Source: Acidobacteriota bacterium
Lineage (GTDB): Bacteria; Acidobacteriota; UBA890; WLXD01
NCBI GenBank assembly: GCA_965248695.1
Contig: CBDFKD010000002.1
Location: 4,992,001 to 5,056,000, forward strand
Length of the DNA stretch: 64,000 bases
Direction of reading: 5' to 3'
Below, in pieces: positions 1-10,744 of the stretch; position 1 is the stretch's first letter; every line of letters begins with the position of its first letter. The position numbers and the translations under genes were made by a program. Below the pieces are notes generated by a model. The model searched no databases. It worked only from the letters and a program-made list of their open reading frames with translations, and was not told the origin of the DNA.

Positions 1-234
1 GAACAGGTTGACGACCGTCTTGCCGCGCAGCGCCGGCACCTTCTTGATGGGACGTTCGGAGATCGCCCGAAAATGCTGGGCCGTGTCCAGCACGAGTCGA
101 ATCTGCTCGGCGTCGAGTGGCTCGATCCCGACCAGACTCTTCGGGAAGGACAAGGACTCGACCTGAGGCTCGGCGCCCGTGGTTTCGCCCTCGGGAAGTG
201 TCTCGGTCGTCGGTTCCATCGTCGTTGCTCCCAT
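1..234 (-). CDS. pyrB: aspartate carbamoyltransferase catalytic subunit, 5' part (runs off window)
   Basis: Manual translation MGATTMEP...[20 protein letters not shown]...[19 protein letters not shown] matches the ATCase N-terminus; ATG lies 1 nt after the pyrR stop. Confidence 0.9.
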   Translation of the reverse strand, partial: MGATTMEPTTETLPEGETTGAEPQVESLSFPKSLVGIEPLDAEQIRLVLDTAQHFRAISERPIKKVPALRGKTVVNLF

Positions 235-235
235 C

Positions 236-928
<693 letters not shown>

Positions 929-952
929 CTATACGACTCCGACATGTCTACA

Positions 953-986
953 CCCTTGATGGCCTCACGGGGCCAATCTTAAAAGG
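953..986 (-). promoter_or_regulatory. PyrR-binding RNA stem-loop
   Basis: Minus strand CCTTTTAAGATTGGCCCCGTGAGGCCATCAAGGG resembles the UUUAA...CCNGNGAGG...AAGG PyrR binding loop; it precedes the terminator. Confidence 0.85.
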
Positions 987-1082
987 TCGATGCCGCCAGC
1001 CTACTCAGCCGCCGGGCAGGCGTCAACTCGCCGGGCGACCGTGATTTGCTGCCCCGCCGGACCCCATGCTAGCCTGCGCTCG

Positions 1083-1892
1083 ATGTTCGACCGGCGGCTC
1101 GTACTGGAGTCAATTCGCACCCTCTCGCGTCGCTATTTCGTGATGCAGTACCGCTGTCCGGACATCGCCGCCGCGTCGCTGCCGGGTCACTTCGTGATAA
1201 TATCGGCGAGCGATGCGATCGACCCCCTCCTACGGCGGCCAATGGCGATCTATCGCGTCGTTCGCGAGGCGGGGACGGCGGTGGGGTTCACGCTGCTAGT
1301 CGAGCGCACCGGCCGCGGCACGACCCTGATGGCGAGCGCCCGACCTGGCGACGTGGCAAGCGTGCTTGGCCCGCTCGGGCGCCCCTTCCAGCTGCCGTCG
1401 GCCGCGGAGCTCGACGATCACGAGGACCTTCTGGTAATGGGTGGCGTTGGAGCGGCCCCGTTTCCGCTGCTGGCCGAGGTCCTCGTCCGCCTCGGAGCGC
1501 GGGTACGGGCATTCGTCGGCGGGCGCACGCGCGACGACCTGCTCTGTGAGGACGACTTCGAGCAGCTCGGGGTACCGGTTGATGTTGCGACCGACGATGG
1601 GTCTGCTGGCCACCACGGCTTCGTCACGAGCACACTCGAGGCGCATCTGCGAAGCGCCGGTGGCACGCCGCGCATCTACTCGTGCGGCCCCACGCCGATG
1701 ATGCAGGCGGTCGACGAGGTCGCCGTGCGTCATCGCTGCGATCATCAGGTGAGCCTCGAGGCGCCGATGGCCTGCGGGATCGGCGTATGCCTGTCGTGCG
1801 TCGTTCCGGTCCAGGTCGGTGACAGCTGGCGGTACCAACGCATCTGTCGCGAGGGCCCGGTGTTCGATGCGGCTCGGCTGGGGTGGCGATGA
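1083..1892 (+). CDS. pyrK: dihydroorotate dehydrogenase electron transfer subunit
   Basis: LLRRP, GGVGAAP, TDDGS, CGPTPM, MACGIGVCLSC...ICREGPVF 2Fe-2S motif; ATG 1083 chosen because it lies 7 nt after TAGCCT. Confidence 0.93.
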   Translation: MFDRRLVLESIRTLSRRYFVMQYRCPDIAAASLPGHFVIISASDAIDPLLRRPMAIYRVVREAGTAVGFTLLVERTGRGTTLMASARPGDVASVLGPLGRPFQLPSAAELDDHEDLLVMGGVGAAPFPLLAEVLVRLGARVRAFVGGRTRDDLLCEDDFEQLGVPVDVATDDGSAGHHGFVTSTLEAHLRSAGGTPRIYSCGPTPMMQAVDEVAVRHRCDHQVSLEAPMACGIGVCLSCVVPVQVGDSWRYQRICREGPVFDAARLGWR

Positions 1893-2827
1893 GCGATTCG
1901 CAAGCAGACGTCGATCTGCGGGTGTCGTTGGGTGGCGTCGAGCTCAAGAACCCCATGCTGCTGGCTTCGGGAACGGTCGGGTACGGCGAGGAGATGGCCG
2001 AGCTCATCGACCTCGACCAGCTCGGCGGCATCGTGGTCAAGGGCCTGTCGCTCGAGCCGGAACGCGGCAACGCACCACAGCGAATCGCCGAGGTCCCGGG
2101 GGGGATGCTCAACTCGATCGGTCTGCAGAACGTCGGGGCCGATGCCTTCGTGCGCGACAAGCTGCCATTCCTGGCGCAGTTCGATCTGCAGGTGATCGCC
2201 AACGTCTGGGGTAGAACGGTGGACGAGTACGTCGGTGTCGCCGCCCGTCTGGACGCTGCCGACGGTGTCCACGCGCTCGAGCTCAACGTCTCGTGTCCGA
2301 ACATCAAGGAAGGCGGAATCAGCTTCGGCACCGACCCGGTGCAGATCCATGCGGTCACCGCGGCGGTCCGTGCGGTTACCGACAAACCCCTCTGGGTGAA
2401 GCTCGCGCCCGGGGTGACAGACATCGGCATCATGGCTCGCGCCGCCGAGGAGGCGGGCGCTGATGCCCTCGCGGTGGCCAATACCATCCGGGGGATGGCC
2501 ATCGACGCAGGACGCCGTAGGCCGCTCCTGGCCACGATTTACGGTGGGCTTTCCGGTCCTGCCCTGTTTCCGATCGCCTTGTATTTGCTTTACGAAGTAT
2601 CTCTTATCTCGTCGTTGCCTTTGATAGGCATCGGTGGCGTATCTGAGCTAGATCATGTGCTCCAGTATTTGATCGTGGGCGCGACGGCAGTTCAGATCGG
2701 CACAGCGAACTTTTACGACCCGACGGCATCGCAGCGTTTGGTCAACGAGCTGGCGAGATGGTGTGGCGATGAAGGGATTCAGTCGATACGCGAAGTCATC
2801 GGAACGCTTCAAGTGGGTGAGCCGTGA
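1889..2827 (+). CDS. pyrD: dihydroorotate dehydrogenase (class 1B) catalytic subunit
   Basis: KNPMLLASGT, MLNSIGLQN, ELNVSCPN, VKLAP, GGLSGP; ATGA overlap with pyrK. Confidence 0.95.
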   Translation: MSDSQADVDLRVSLGGVELKNPMLLASGTVGYGEEMAELIDLDQLGGIVVKGLSLEPERGNAPQRIAEVPGGMLNSIGLQNVGADAFVRDKLPFLAQFDLQVIANVWGRTVDEYVGVAARLDAADGVHALELNVSCPNIKEGGISFGTDPVQIHAVTAAVRAVTDKPLWVKLAPGVTDIGIMARAAEEAGADALAVANTIRGMAIDAGRRRPLLATIYGGLSGPALFPIALYLLYEVSLISSLPLIGIGGVSELDHVLQYLIVGATAVQIGTANFYDPTASQRLVNELARWCGDEGIQSIREVIGTLQVGEP

Positions 2828-3230
2828 GACGACATTGGCCGCTTCGCGGCACCTGCTGGTGGCGGTCGCCGGCGTCGCCTTAACGGTGGCCGCCAGCGGC
2901 TGCGCGACGCAGCTCCGTCCCGCAGCGCGGCCCGGATGGCACTCGTCCGAGATGGTCGCATCGTGGTACGGACAGAAGTACCATGGCCGCCAGACAGCGA
3001 GCGGCGCCGTGTTCGACATGTACAAGATGACCGCAGCGCACAAGACCCTGCCGTTCGGGACGCGCCTGCGGGTGACCCATCCCCGCAACCGGCGCTCCGT
3101 CGTCGTAGAGGTCAACGACCGCGGTCCCTTCATCAAGGGACGTGACCTGGATCTGTCCATGGGAGCCGCACAGGCATTGGCGATGGTCGACGAGGGGGTC
3201 GCCCGGGTGCAGATTGAGCGAATGAATTGA
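2817..3230 (+). CDS. rlpA: septal ring lytic transglycosylase RlpA-family lipoprotein
   Basis: Lipobox ASGC; ASWYG, TASG, TAAHKTLPFGT, VNDRGPF, LDLS (DPBB domain). GTG start inferred. Confidence 0.9.
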   Translation: MSRETTLAASRHLLVAVAGVALTVAASGCATQLRPAARPGWHSSEMVASWYGQKYHGRQTASGAVFDMYKMTAAHKTLPFGTRLRVTHPRNRRSVVVEVNDRGPFIKGRDLDLSMGAAQALAMVDEGVARVQIERMN

Positions 3231-3934
3231 GTCGGCCGCGACTTGTCGTCGCGATGGATGTCCCTGACGCTGAGCGCGCCCTCGCAGTTGCCGAAAGCCT
3301 GCGCGGGTGCGCCGACGTCCTGAAGGTCGGCCTCGAGTTGTTTACCGCCCAAGGGCCTGGGCTGGTCCGCGAGCTGATGTCGATGGGTTGGGGAATCTTC
3401 CTCGACCTGAAGGTGCACGACATTCCGGCCACCGCAGCCGGCGCCGTACGAGCCGCCGTCGATCTCGAGGTGGAGCTGCTCACGCTGCACACCAGCGGCG
3501 GCCGCAAAATGCTGGAAGCAGCGGTGCAGGCGCGTGGCGCATATCGGCTGCCGCGGTTGCTCGGCGTGACGGTGCTGACCAGCCTCTCCGCCGCCGATTT
3601 GCCGGCCATCGGTCTCCTCGATGATCCGGCTTTGCTGGTCGAACGACGATGCCGGCTGGCCCACGATTGCGGCTGCGACGGTGTGGTAGCCTCGGTCCGA
3701 GAGGCTCCTTCGATTCGCGCGCGGTGGGGGCCGGAGTTCCTCGTCGTCACCCCCGGCATTCGCCCCGCCGGCGCCGATGTACACGATCAGGCCCGCGTCG
3801 CCACGCCGGCCGCCGCGGTGGCCGCCGGAGCTGACTACCTGGTCGTTGGACGCCCGGTGCTGCAAGCGGAGGACCCGGCAGCGGCGGCGACCGCGATTCG
3901 CGCCTCGATGGAGTCAGACCAGGGTGCAGACTGA
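3227..3934 (+). CDS. pyrF: orotidine-5'-phosphate decarboxylase
   Basis: KVGLEL, DLKVHDIPAT, VTVLTS, TPGIRP, DQARV, VVGRP. Confidence 0.96.
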   Translation: MSRPRLVVAMDVPDAERALAVAESLRGCADVLKVGLELFTAQGPGLVRELMSMGWGIFLDLKVHDIPATAAGAVRAAVDLEVELLTLHTSGGRKMLEAAVQARGAYRLPRLLGVTVLTSLSAADLPAIGLLDDPALLVERRCRLAHDCGCDGVVASVREAPSIRARWGPEFLVVTPGIRPAGADVHDQARVATPAAAVAAGADYLVVGRPVLQAEDPAAAATAIRASMESDQGAD

Positions 3935-4697
3935 TCGCAGCGTGGACGAATCGGCGACCGAACGCGACGGCTATTCGCTGACGTCCCTCGAGCAGCGCAT
4001 CGGCTACGACTTCGACGATCGTGCGCTCCTCGTTCGGGCGCTTACGCATCGCTCGTTTGCGAACGAGCAGGGCGCCGGGGCAGACGACAACGAGGTTCTC
4101 GAGTTCCTCGGCGACGCGGTGCTGGGGCTGATTGTCAGCGACCTCCTTTGCCGTCGATATCCGTCGATGAATGAAGGGCAAATGTCGAAGCTGAAGTCTT
4201 TCCTGGTCTCGGCAGAGACGCTCGCCACCCTCGCAGAGGAGCTCGGCCTGGGGCAGTTCGTCATCCTGGGCCGTGGCGAGGAGAAGACCGCCGGCCGCAC
4301 CAAGAACTCGATCCTGGCGAATTCTCTCGAGGCCTTGATCGCCGCGCTGTACGTCGATGGCGGGCTCGAGCGCGCCACCGAGTTCGTCCTGATGCGCGTC
4401 GAACCGCTCATCGGGCCGGTCGCCGATCAGCTCCCGCCGACCCGTGACTTCAAGTCGGCGCTGCAGGAATACCTGCAGGCCTCCGGCCTACCCTTGCCGC
4501 TGTACGAGGTTGTCGACGAGGTGGGTCCCGATCACCAGAAGACGTTCCTCGTTCAGGTCAGCGCGGGCGAGGACCAAAGTGCCGTCGGCAAGGGAAGCAC
4601 CAAGAAACGCGCCGAGCAGGTTGCGGCGAAGATGCTGCTAGAGCCCCTGCTGGAGCGCCCTGAGGCCCCCGAGGAACGTCTCCCGGCAGGCGATTAG
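3924..4697 (+). CDS. rnc: ribonuclease III
   Basis: ALTHRS, NEVLEFLGDAVL signature and C-terminal dsRBD (DFKSALQE...KKRAEQ). Start uncertain (GTG 3924 or 3942). Confidence 0.95.
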   Translation: MQTDRSVDESATERDGYSLTSLEQRIGYDFDDRALLVRALTHRSFANEQGAGADDNEVLEFLGDAVLGLIVSDLLCRRYPSMNEGQMSKLKSFLVSAETLATLAEELGLGQFVILGRGEEKTAGRTKNSILANSLEALIAALYVDGGLERATEFVLMRVEPLIGPVADQLPPTRDFKSALQEYLQASGLPLPLYEVVDEVGPDHQKTFLVQVSAGEDQSAVGKGSTKKRAEQVAAKMLLEPLLERPEAPEERLPAGD

Positions 4698-5791
4698 CAC
4701 GTCGGGGCCGGCACTGGCGGACGCGCGATCCAACCGCCGCCGAGCAGAAGATCACCGTCGTAAAACGCCACGCCCTGTCCCGGGGTGACCGCCGACTGCG
4801 GCTCGTCGAAGGTGACCTGAAAGCGGTCTCCGGGCAGCGGAGTGACGATGGCCGCAGCCTCGCGATGTCGATGACGGATGCGTGCCCGAATCCGCAAGGG
4901 TGTGGCCGGGGCGTCGATGGCGAGCCAGTTGCAGTGCGTCGCCAGCAAGGTCGTGGTTTCCAGCCCGGCGCGTGGCCCGACCGTCACGCTGGCAGCGTCG
5001 GCGTCGATGCCGAGCACGTAGAGCTTGTCGCTGCCGGAAATGCCCAGGCCCTTGCGCTGGCCGATGGTGAACCGGTGGATACCGTTCGCCCGCCCGAGCC
5101 GCGTCCCGGCGACGTCGCGTATGGCGATCGCTTGCTCCGAGGCAGCGGGTCGGTGTCGCTCGACGAAGGCGTTCTTGTCGCCGTCGGGGATGAAGCACAG
5201 CTCGTAGCTCTCCGGCTTGTCGGCGACGCACAGCTCGAGACGACGTGCCTGGTCGCGTACCTGATCCTTGTCGAGATCGCCGATCGGGAAGCGCACGTGG
5301 CGAAGCTGCGCCGCAGGGACGTCGAACAGGAAATACGACTGGTCTTTGTCCGCATCGACGCCCTTGCGCAGCTGCGGCCGGCCGTCGTGCTGACCGAGCC
5401 GCGCGTAGTGACCGGTCGCCAGCGAGTCGGCTCCTAGGCTGCGAGCCAGTCGCTGCAACAGTCCGAACTTGACGCTGCGATTGCAGCGGATGCACGGGCT
5501 CGGCGTATCGCCAGCAGCATAGGTGTCGAGAAACGGCTCGACGATCTGCGCCTGGAACGCTGCCGTATGGTCGAAGACGTAGTGCGGGAAGTCGAGGTGC
5601 GCCGCCACGGCGCGCGCGTCGGCGACATCAGCGGGAGAACAGCAGCGTCCGAGTCCGCGGGCGCCGTTGGACTCGCCGTAGTCCCAGAGCTGCAGTGTGA
5701 TCCCGACGACCTCGTGTCCCTCCTGGCACAGGATCGCGGCGGCCGCACTCGAGTCCACCCCGCCGCTCATCGCAACCGCGACCCGGCCCAT
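4694..5791 (-). CDS. mnmA: tRNA 2-thiouridine(34) synthase
   Basis: AMSGGVDSS, PCIRCN, ATGHYAR, KDQSYFL, FTIGQRKGLG, PGQ motifs. Confidence 0.96.
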   Translation of the reverse strand: MGRVAVAMSGGVDSSAAAAILCQEGHEVVGITLQLWDYGESNGARGLGRCCSPADVADARAVAAHLDFPHYVFDHTAAFQAQIVEPFLDTYAAGDTPSPCIRCNRSVKFGLLQRLARSLGADSLATGHYARLGQHDGRPQLRKGVDADKDQSYFLFDVPAAQLRHVRFPIGDLDKDQVRDQARRLELCVADKPESYELCFIPDGDKNAFVERHRPAASEQAIAIRDVAGTRLGRANGIHRFTIGQRKGLGISGSDKLYVLGIDADAASVTVGPRAGLETTTLLATHCNWLAIDAPATPLRIRARIRHRHREAAAIVTPLPGDRFQVTFDEPQSAVTPGQGVAFYDGDLLLGGGWIARPPVPAPTC

Positions 5792-5792
5792 T

Positions 5793-6950
5793 TCAGCTCT
5801 CCACGCCCGCGCGTCCGCCGTCGGTCGCCGCCTCGACACATCCGACGATGCGTGACGCCAGCCCGGCTATCTGCTCGCGATCCGTGCCGTATCCAAGCGA
5901 CAGCCTCAGCGCACCACTCTGATAACGGCGTGGCACGCCGAGCGACTCGAGCACCGGTGACGCATGCGCCACTCCGCTGGCGCAGGCTGATCCGGCAGAT
6001 GCTGCGATGCCCTCCAGGTCCAGGCAAGCCACCAGTAGGTCTCCCGGGCACTCCGCAAAGCACAGATGGATCGTGTTGGGCAGGCGTGCGGCGGTGGGCA
6101 CCGTCACGCGCACGTCGTTGGCCGACTCGACGATCTCGTCGCTGAGCTCGCTCGCTAGGCCCCCCACGCGCTCGGCCTCGCCGCCGTGACGCGCGCGGAC
6201 GCGGGCGCAGGCGGCACCGAAGCCGGCGATGAGGCCGGTGGGCTCCGTGCCGGCGCGCCAACCTCGCTGCTGGCCGCCGCCCCGCAGCAACGGCGTGGGA
6301 TCGAGTGGCCGACGCAGGACCAGTGCACCGATGCCTGGCGGCCCGCCGATCTTGTGGCCCGAGAGGCTGACCATATCGACTTCATCGAGCAGATCGTCGA
6401 GGTCCAGCCAGGCTGCCGCCTGTACGGCATCGCAATGCATGTGAACTCCACGACGGCGGGCGATAGCGGCAATCTCGCGTATCGGCTGGATGGTTCCGGT
6501 CTCGTTGTTCGCTGCCATGATCGAGATCAGCATCGTATCGTCGCGCAGCGCCGCTTCCACCGCCGCCGGGTCAACGCGCCCCTCGGGGTCGACCGGCACC
6601 TGAGTCGTCTCGACCCCGAACGCCTCGAGCGCTGCCGACGGCTCCTGCACCGCCGGATGCTCGATCGCCGAGATCACCAGGTGCCCTCCCGGCGGCCATC
6701 CGAGCAAGCCGGTGACCGCCAGATTGTCGGCCTCGGTGCCGCCGCTGGTGAACACCACGTCGAGCCCACCGCACAGATCCAGAACTTGCCGCCGGGCGAT
6801 CTCCACCGCGGCTCGGGCGCGCTGACCGTCGCGGTGAATGCTCGACGGGTTGGCAGCCGTATCGGCGAGCCAGGGATCCATCGCCGCACGGACCTCGGCA
6901 GCTAGCGGCGCTGTGGCGTTGTAGTCGAGGTAGATGCGAGGACCGTGCAT
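5793..6950 (-). CDS. cysteine desulfurase (IscS/NifS family)
   Basis: YLDYNAT, ANPSS, FTSGGTEAD, SGHKIGGP (PLP Lys), SAGSACAS (catalytic Cys); adjacent to mnmA. Confidence 0.93.
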   Translation of the reverse strand: MHGPRIYLDYNATAPLAAEVRAAMDPWLADTAANPSSIHRDGQRARAAVEIARRQVLDLCGGLDVVFTSGGTEADNLAVTGLLGWPPGGHLVISAIEHPAVQEPSAALEAFGVETTQVPVDPEGRVDPAAVEAALRDDTMLISIMAANNETGTIQPIREIAAIARRRGVHMHCDAVQAAAWLDLDDLLDEVDMVSLSGHKIGGPPGIGALVLRRPLDPTPLLRGGGQQRGWRAGTEPTGLIAGFGAACARVRARHGGEAERVGGLASELSDEIVESANDVRVTVPTAARLPNTIHLCFAECPGDLLVACLDLEGIAASAGSACASGVAHASPVLESLGVPRRYQSGALRLSLGYGTDREQIAGLASRIVGCVEAATDGGRAGVES

Positions 6951-7086
6951 CGTGTGAGGATGCCACGGCTTCTCGAAGGGCAAAAGACAGGGCCGCGTCA
7001 GCGTCCGGGGGCATGGTAGCCTCATTGGCCGACGTTTCTTGGAATCCTCCCAGGTCCCGCGGTTCGCCCGCGCGAGGTTCGAGCCC

Positions 7087-8253
7087 ATGTCCGAGTTCGA
7101 AGAGCTCGATTTCTATGCCATTGACGAGCTTCTGTCCGACGAGCAGAGGCTCGCGCGCGATACGGTTCGGCAGTTCGTGTCCGACCGTTGCCTGCCGATC
7201 ATCGAGGAGCATCAGGCGAAGGGCACGTTTCCGACCGAGCTCATCGAGCCCATCGCAGAGCTCGACCTGCTCGGAGCGAACCTGCCGGAGGAATACGGCT
7301 GCGCCGGACTGGAGAGCAGCACGTACGGGCTCATCATGCAGGAGCTCGAGCGTGGCGACTCCGGTATTCGCTCGTTCGTATCGGTGCAGGGCGCCCTGTG
7401 CATGTACCCGATCTTCGAGTTCGGATCCGAGGAGCAGCGGCGCCGTTGGCTTCCGGAGATGGCGAAGGCGAAGGTGATCGGCTGCTTCGGTCTGACCGAG
7501 CCCGACGCCGGCTCCGACCCCGGCGCCATGCGCACGCGCGCGGTTCGCGACGGCGACGACTGGCTCCTCAACGGCGTCAAGATGTGGATCACGAACGGGA
7601 CCATGGCTCATATCGCCATCGTCTGGGCAGCGACCGATGACGGCATCCGCGGGTTCATCGTGCCCACAGACACGCCCGGGTTTCAGGCGCTGCACGTAAC
7701 CGGCAAGTACTCGCTGCGAGCTTCCGACACTGCCGAGCTCGTCCTCGAGGACGTGCGCGTGCCGGCCGACGCTCTCCTACCCGGCACCGGCGGCCTCAAG
7801 TCGCCGCTCATGTGTCTGAATCAGGCTCGCTATGGGATCGCATGGGGCGGCGTCGGCGCGGCGCTGGCATGCTTTGACGAGGCTCTTCGCTACGCCGGCA
7901 ACCGGATCGTCTTCGACACGCCGATCGCATCGAAGCAGCTCATCCAGGGGCTGCTCGCCGATATGGCGTCGGAGATCACCAAGGCCCAGCTGATGTGCTG
8001 GCGCCTGGGACAGCTCAAGGACGCCGGCAAGGTCAAGCCGTGGCAGATATCGATGGCGAAGCGCAACAACGTGCGTATGGCGCTGGAGACCGCCCGCAGG
8101 TGTCGCGAGATCCTGGGCGGCAACGGCATCCTCGACGAGTATCAGGTGTTCCGTCATTTGGTGAACTTGGAGACCGTCTACACCTACGAAGGCACCCATC
8201 AGGTGCACACTCTGATCATCGGCCAGGCGCTCACCGGGCTGTCGGCGTTTTGA
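7087..8253 (+). CDS. acyl-CoA dehydrogenase, glutaryl-CoA dehydrogenase-like
   Basis: ELERGDSG, FGLTEPDAGSDP, KMWITNG, LGGNGI, YTYEGTH. Confidence 0.9.
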   Translation: MSEFEELDFYAIDELLSDEQRLARDTVRQFVSDRCLPIIEEHQAKGTFPTELIEPIAELDLLGANLPEEYGCAGLESSTYGLIMQELERGDSGIRSFVSVQGALCMYPIFEFGSEEQRRRWLPEMAKAKVIGCFGLTEPDAGSDPGAMRTRAVRDGDDWLLNGVKMWITNGTMAHIAIVWAATDDGIRGFIVPTDTPGFQALHVTGKYSLRASDTAELVLEDVRVPADALLPGTGGLKSPLMCLNQARYGIAWGGVGAALACFDEALRYAGNRIVFDTPIASKQLIQGLLADMASEITKAQLMCWRLGQLKDAGKVKPWQISMAKRNNVRMALETARRCREILGGNGILDEYQVFRHLVNLETVYTYEGTHQVHTLIIGQALTGLSAF

Positions 8254-8348
8254 GCCCTGTCCTCGATCCTCGGGTGCTCTCGGGCATCGTTGACCGGCTT
8301 GCGACGGCGTTGCTACAGTCATGGTGCCGGTGCTGCCGCCGTGCCGCG

Positions 8349-8421
8349 GCGGGTATAGCTCAGTTGGTAGAGCGTCGGCTTCCCAAGCCGAAGGCCACGG
8401 GTTCGAGCCCCGTTACCCGCT
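8349..8421 (+). tRNA. tRNA-Gly(CCC)
   Basis: GCGGGTA/TACCCGC acceptor stem, TAGCTCAGTTGGTAGAGC D arm, TCGGC-TTCCCAA-GCCGA anticodon arm, GGTTCGAGCCC T arm; CCA not encoded. Confidence 0.96.
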
Positions 8422-8485
8422 CTTGACGTTTTCCAGCAGCGTCTCCAGGTAGCGATCCGTGCTGCCGCATACAACCGAGGACACC

Positions 8486-8827
8486 ATGTCGGACAACGCG
8501 AGCAGCGCGCGTTCCTATCTGGGGCCAGGCTGTGTTTTCGAAGGCGATATCCGCGGTAGCGGGTCGCTCGAATGCCACGGCACAGTTACCGGCACAGTGA
8601 CCTTGGACGGCGAGGTCGTGATCGGTGAGCGTGGGCGCGCCAAGGCCACGCTGTGCGGCGAACGGATCGTCATCGATGGCTTTCTGGACGGCGACGCCAG
8701 CGGCATGCAGAAGGTCGAGGTGGGGGCGACCGGTCAGGTGACCGGCGACATCCGAGCGCCTTCCGTCGCCTTTGCCGAGGGGGCGGTGTTCGAAGGCAAC
8801 GTCGAGATGCGGGTCACAAAGGAATGA
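8486..8827 (+). CDS. bactofilin (polymer-forming cytoskeletal protein)
   Basis: SYLGPG..FEGDI..G.V.G.V repeats ending AEGAVFEGNVEM. Confidence 0.88.
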   Translation: MSDNASSARSYLGPGCVFEGDIRGSGSLECHGTVTGTVTLDGEVVIGERGRAKATLCGERIVIDGFLDGDASGMQKVEVGATGQVTGDIRAPSVAFAEGAVFEGNVEMRVTKE

Positions 8828-9948
8828 AGGTCGGCGTCGTCAGGGAGATCAAGCCACAGGAGCATCGGGTCGGCTTGGTGCCGGCCGGCGTTCGGCTGAT
8901 CGTCAACGCCGGTGCGGAGGTGCTGGTCGAAGCCGGGGCCGGCCTCGGGAGCGGGCTTCCCGACGATCACTACGAGGAGGCCGGAGCGCGCTTGATCGAC
9001 AGCGCCGCCGACGTCTGGGCGGCGGCCGATCTGATCGTCAAGGTCAAGGAGCCGGTGGCGGAGGAGTTCGGCTATTTGCGGCCGAACCTGACGCTCTACA
9101 CATACCTTCACCTGGCGCCGTTACCGGAGCTGACCGAGGCGCTGCTCGAAAACCAGGTGACCGGGATCGCCTACGAGACCGTCGAGTTGGCCGACGGCTC
9201 GTTGCCGCTGTTGGTGCCGATGAGCGAGATCGCCGGTCGGATGTCGGTGCAGGTCGGAGCCCACTTTCTAGAGAGGGCTCAGGGCGGCCGTGGTGTGCTG
9301 CTAGGCGGAGTGCCGGGCGTGAACCCGGCCGACGTGGTGGTGATAGGCGGCGGCATCGTCGGCCGCAACGCGGCGCGCGTGGCCTATGGAATGGGGGCCC
9401 ACGTCACCGTTCTGGATACCAACCCGCGGACGCTGCAGTACATCGACGACGTGTTCGGCGGCCATGTGAACACCATCATGTCGCATGCGACAACGGTCGA
9501 GGCGTGGTGCCTACGAGCCGATCTGCTGGTCGGAGCGGTGTTGATTACCGGCGCGGCGGCACCCAACGTGGTCCCGGCCGAGGTGGTGTCGAAGATGAAG
9601 GACGGGGCCGTCATCGTTGACGTGGCGGTGGACCAGGGTGGCTGTATCGAAACGACACGCGCTACGACGCACCGCGATCCGACGTTCCTGGTTGACGGCG
9701 TGGTCCATTACGGGGTTACCAACATGCCGGGGGCGGTACCGCGTACCTCGACATTCGGGCTTACCAACGTCACGGCGCCCTACCTGGCGCATCTGGTCGC
9801 CCTGGGCGTCGAGGACGCCCTGCGTTGCGATCCGGTCCTGGCGCTTGGCGTAAACACCTATCGGGGGCACGTTACCTGCGCCCCCGTCGCCGCGTCTCAG
9901 GGACGCCAACACACGCCGTTGGACGAGCTTCTGCGGGATGAGCTCTGA
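8824..9948 (+). CDS. ald: alanine dehydrogenase
   Basis: MKVGVVREIKPQEHRVGL, KVKEP, YLHLA, PMSEIAG, DVAVDQGG, NMPGAVPRTST. Confidence 0.96.
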   Translation: MKVGVVREIKPQEHRVGLVPAGVRLIVNAGAEVLVEAGAGLGSGLPDDHYEEAGARLIDSAADVWAAADLIVKVKEPVAEEFGYLRPNLTLYTYLHLAPLPELTEALLENQVTGIAYETVELADGSLPLLVPMSEIAGRMSVQVGAHFLERAQGGRGVLLGGVPGVNPADVVVIGGGIVGRNAARVAYGMGAHVTVLDTNPRTLQYIDDVFGGHVNTIMSHATTVEAWCLRADLLVGAVLITGAAAPNVVPAEVVSKMKDGAVIVDVAVDQGGCIETTRATTHRDPTFLVDGVVHYGVTNMPGAVPRTSTFGLTNVTAPYLAHLVALGVEDALRCDPVLALGVNTYRGHVTCAPVAASQGRQHTPLDELLRDEL

Positions 9949-10744
9949 GCATCGCGCCCGCGCCACCCATCTTCGGGTGCTCCTCGACGCGGATCTTCCC
10001 GGTGCCGCCAACATGGCCGTCGATGCGGCCCTGCTGGAGGGTTCCGGAGCGCACGAATACAGCATGCGCTGGTACGGCTGGGCCCGTCCGACCGTATCGA
10101 TTGGCTACGCGCAACCGTGGCGGGAGGGCTTCGATCCGCAGCGCGCCAGACGGCTGGGCGTCGATCTTGTCCGCCGCCGCACCGGCGGCCGCGCCGTGCT
10201 CCACGCCGGCGAGCTCACCTACACCCTCACAGGCCCGACCGGGTCGGGTCCCTTCGCTGGCGGAGTGCTGCCGACCTATCAGGTCATCGCCGACGGTATG
10301 GTGGTCGGACTCCGGCGGCTTGGTGCCGAGGTCGAGCTGGTACGGGCGCGCGGTAGACGCCAGCGAGATCAGCCAGGCGCCTGTTTTGCCGCCAGAGCTC
10401 TGCACGAGGTCATCGGTGACGGGCGCAAGCTGCTGGGGAGCGCCCAGCGTCGTCAGGCGGGTCGAGTGCTGCAGCACGGCTCGCTGCCGCTCCTGCCGCC
10501 CGATCCAGCCTTGTGGAGCGTGCTCGGAGGCACCGGCGCGGGCGCCGCGCGCGAGTCGGTGGGGCTGTACGAGCTGCTACCGGGGCGACCGAGTCGGCGG
10601 GTGATCGCCATGACGCTGGCGCGCGCGGTCGCCCAGACTCTCGGTCTGGCGGCGCGTGTCGCGCGCCTGAGCCACGCCGAGCGGGTTGCCGTAGCGCGTC
10701 ACCAAGAGCTGTACGCCGACCGGAGCTACACGCTGCGACGCTGA
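9938..10744 (+). CDS. lipoate-protein ligase / octanoyltransferase family (LipM/LplA-like)
   Basis: NMAVD, VRRRTGGRAVLH, CF, KLLGSAQ, LQHGS. Confidence 0.88.
   Translation: MSSEHRARATHLRVLLDADLPGAANMAVDAALLEGSGAHEYSMRWYGWARPTVSIGYAQPWREGFDPQRARRLGVDLVRRRTGGRAVLHAGELTYTLTGPTGSGPFAGGVLPTYQVIADGMVVGLRRLGAEVELVRARGRRQRDQPGACFAARALHEVIGDGRKLLGSAQRRQAGRVLQHGSLPLLPPDPALWSVLGGTGAGAARESVGLYELLPGRPSRRVIAMTLARAVAQTLGLAARVARLSHAERVAVARHQELYADRSYTLRR

Noticed and set aside
2648-3865. Long antisense or overlapping ORFs (e.g. 2648-3865, 12886-14028, 17557-18696, 55799-56914)
   Set aside because: Shadow frames of well-supported genes in GC-rich DNA, with no recognisable motifs.
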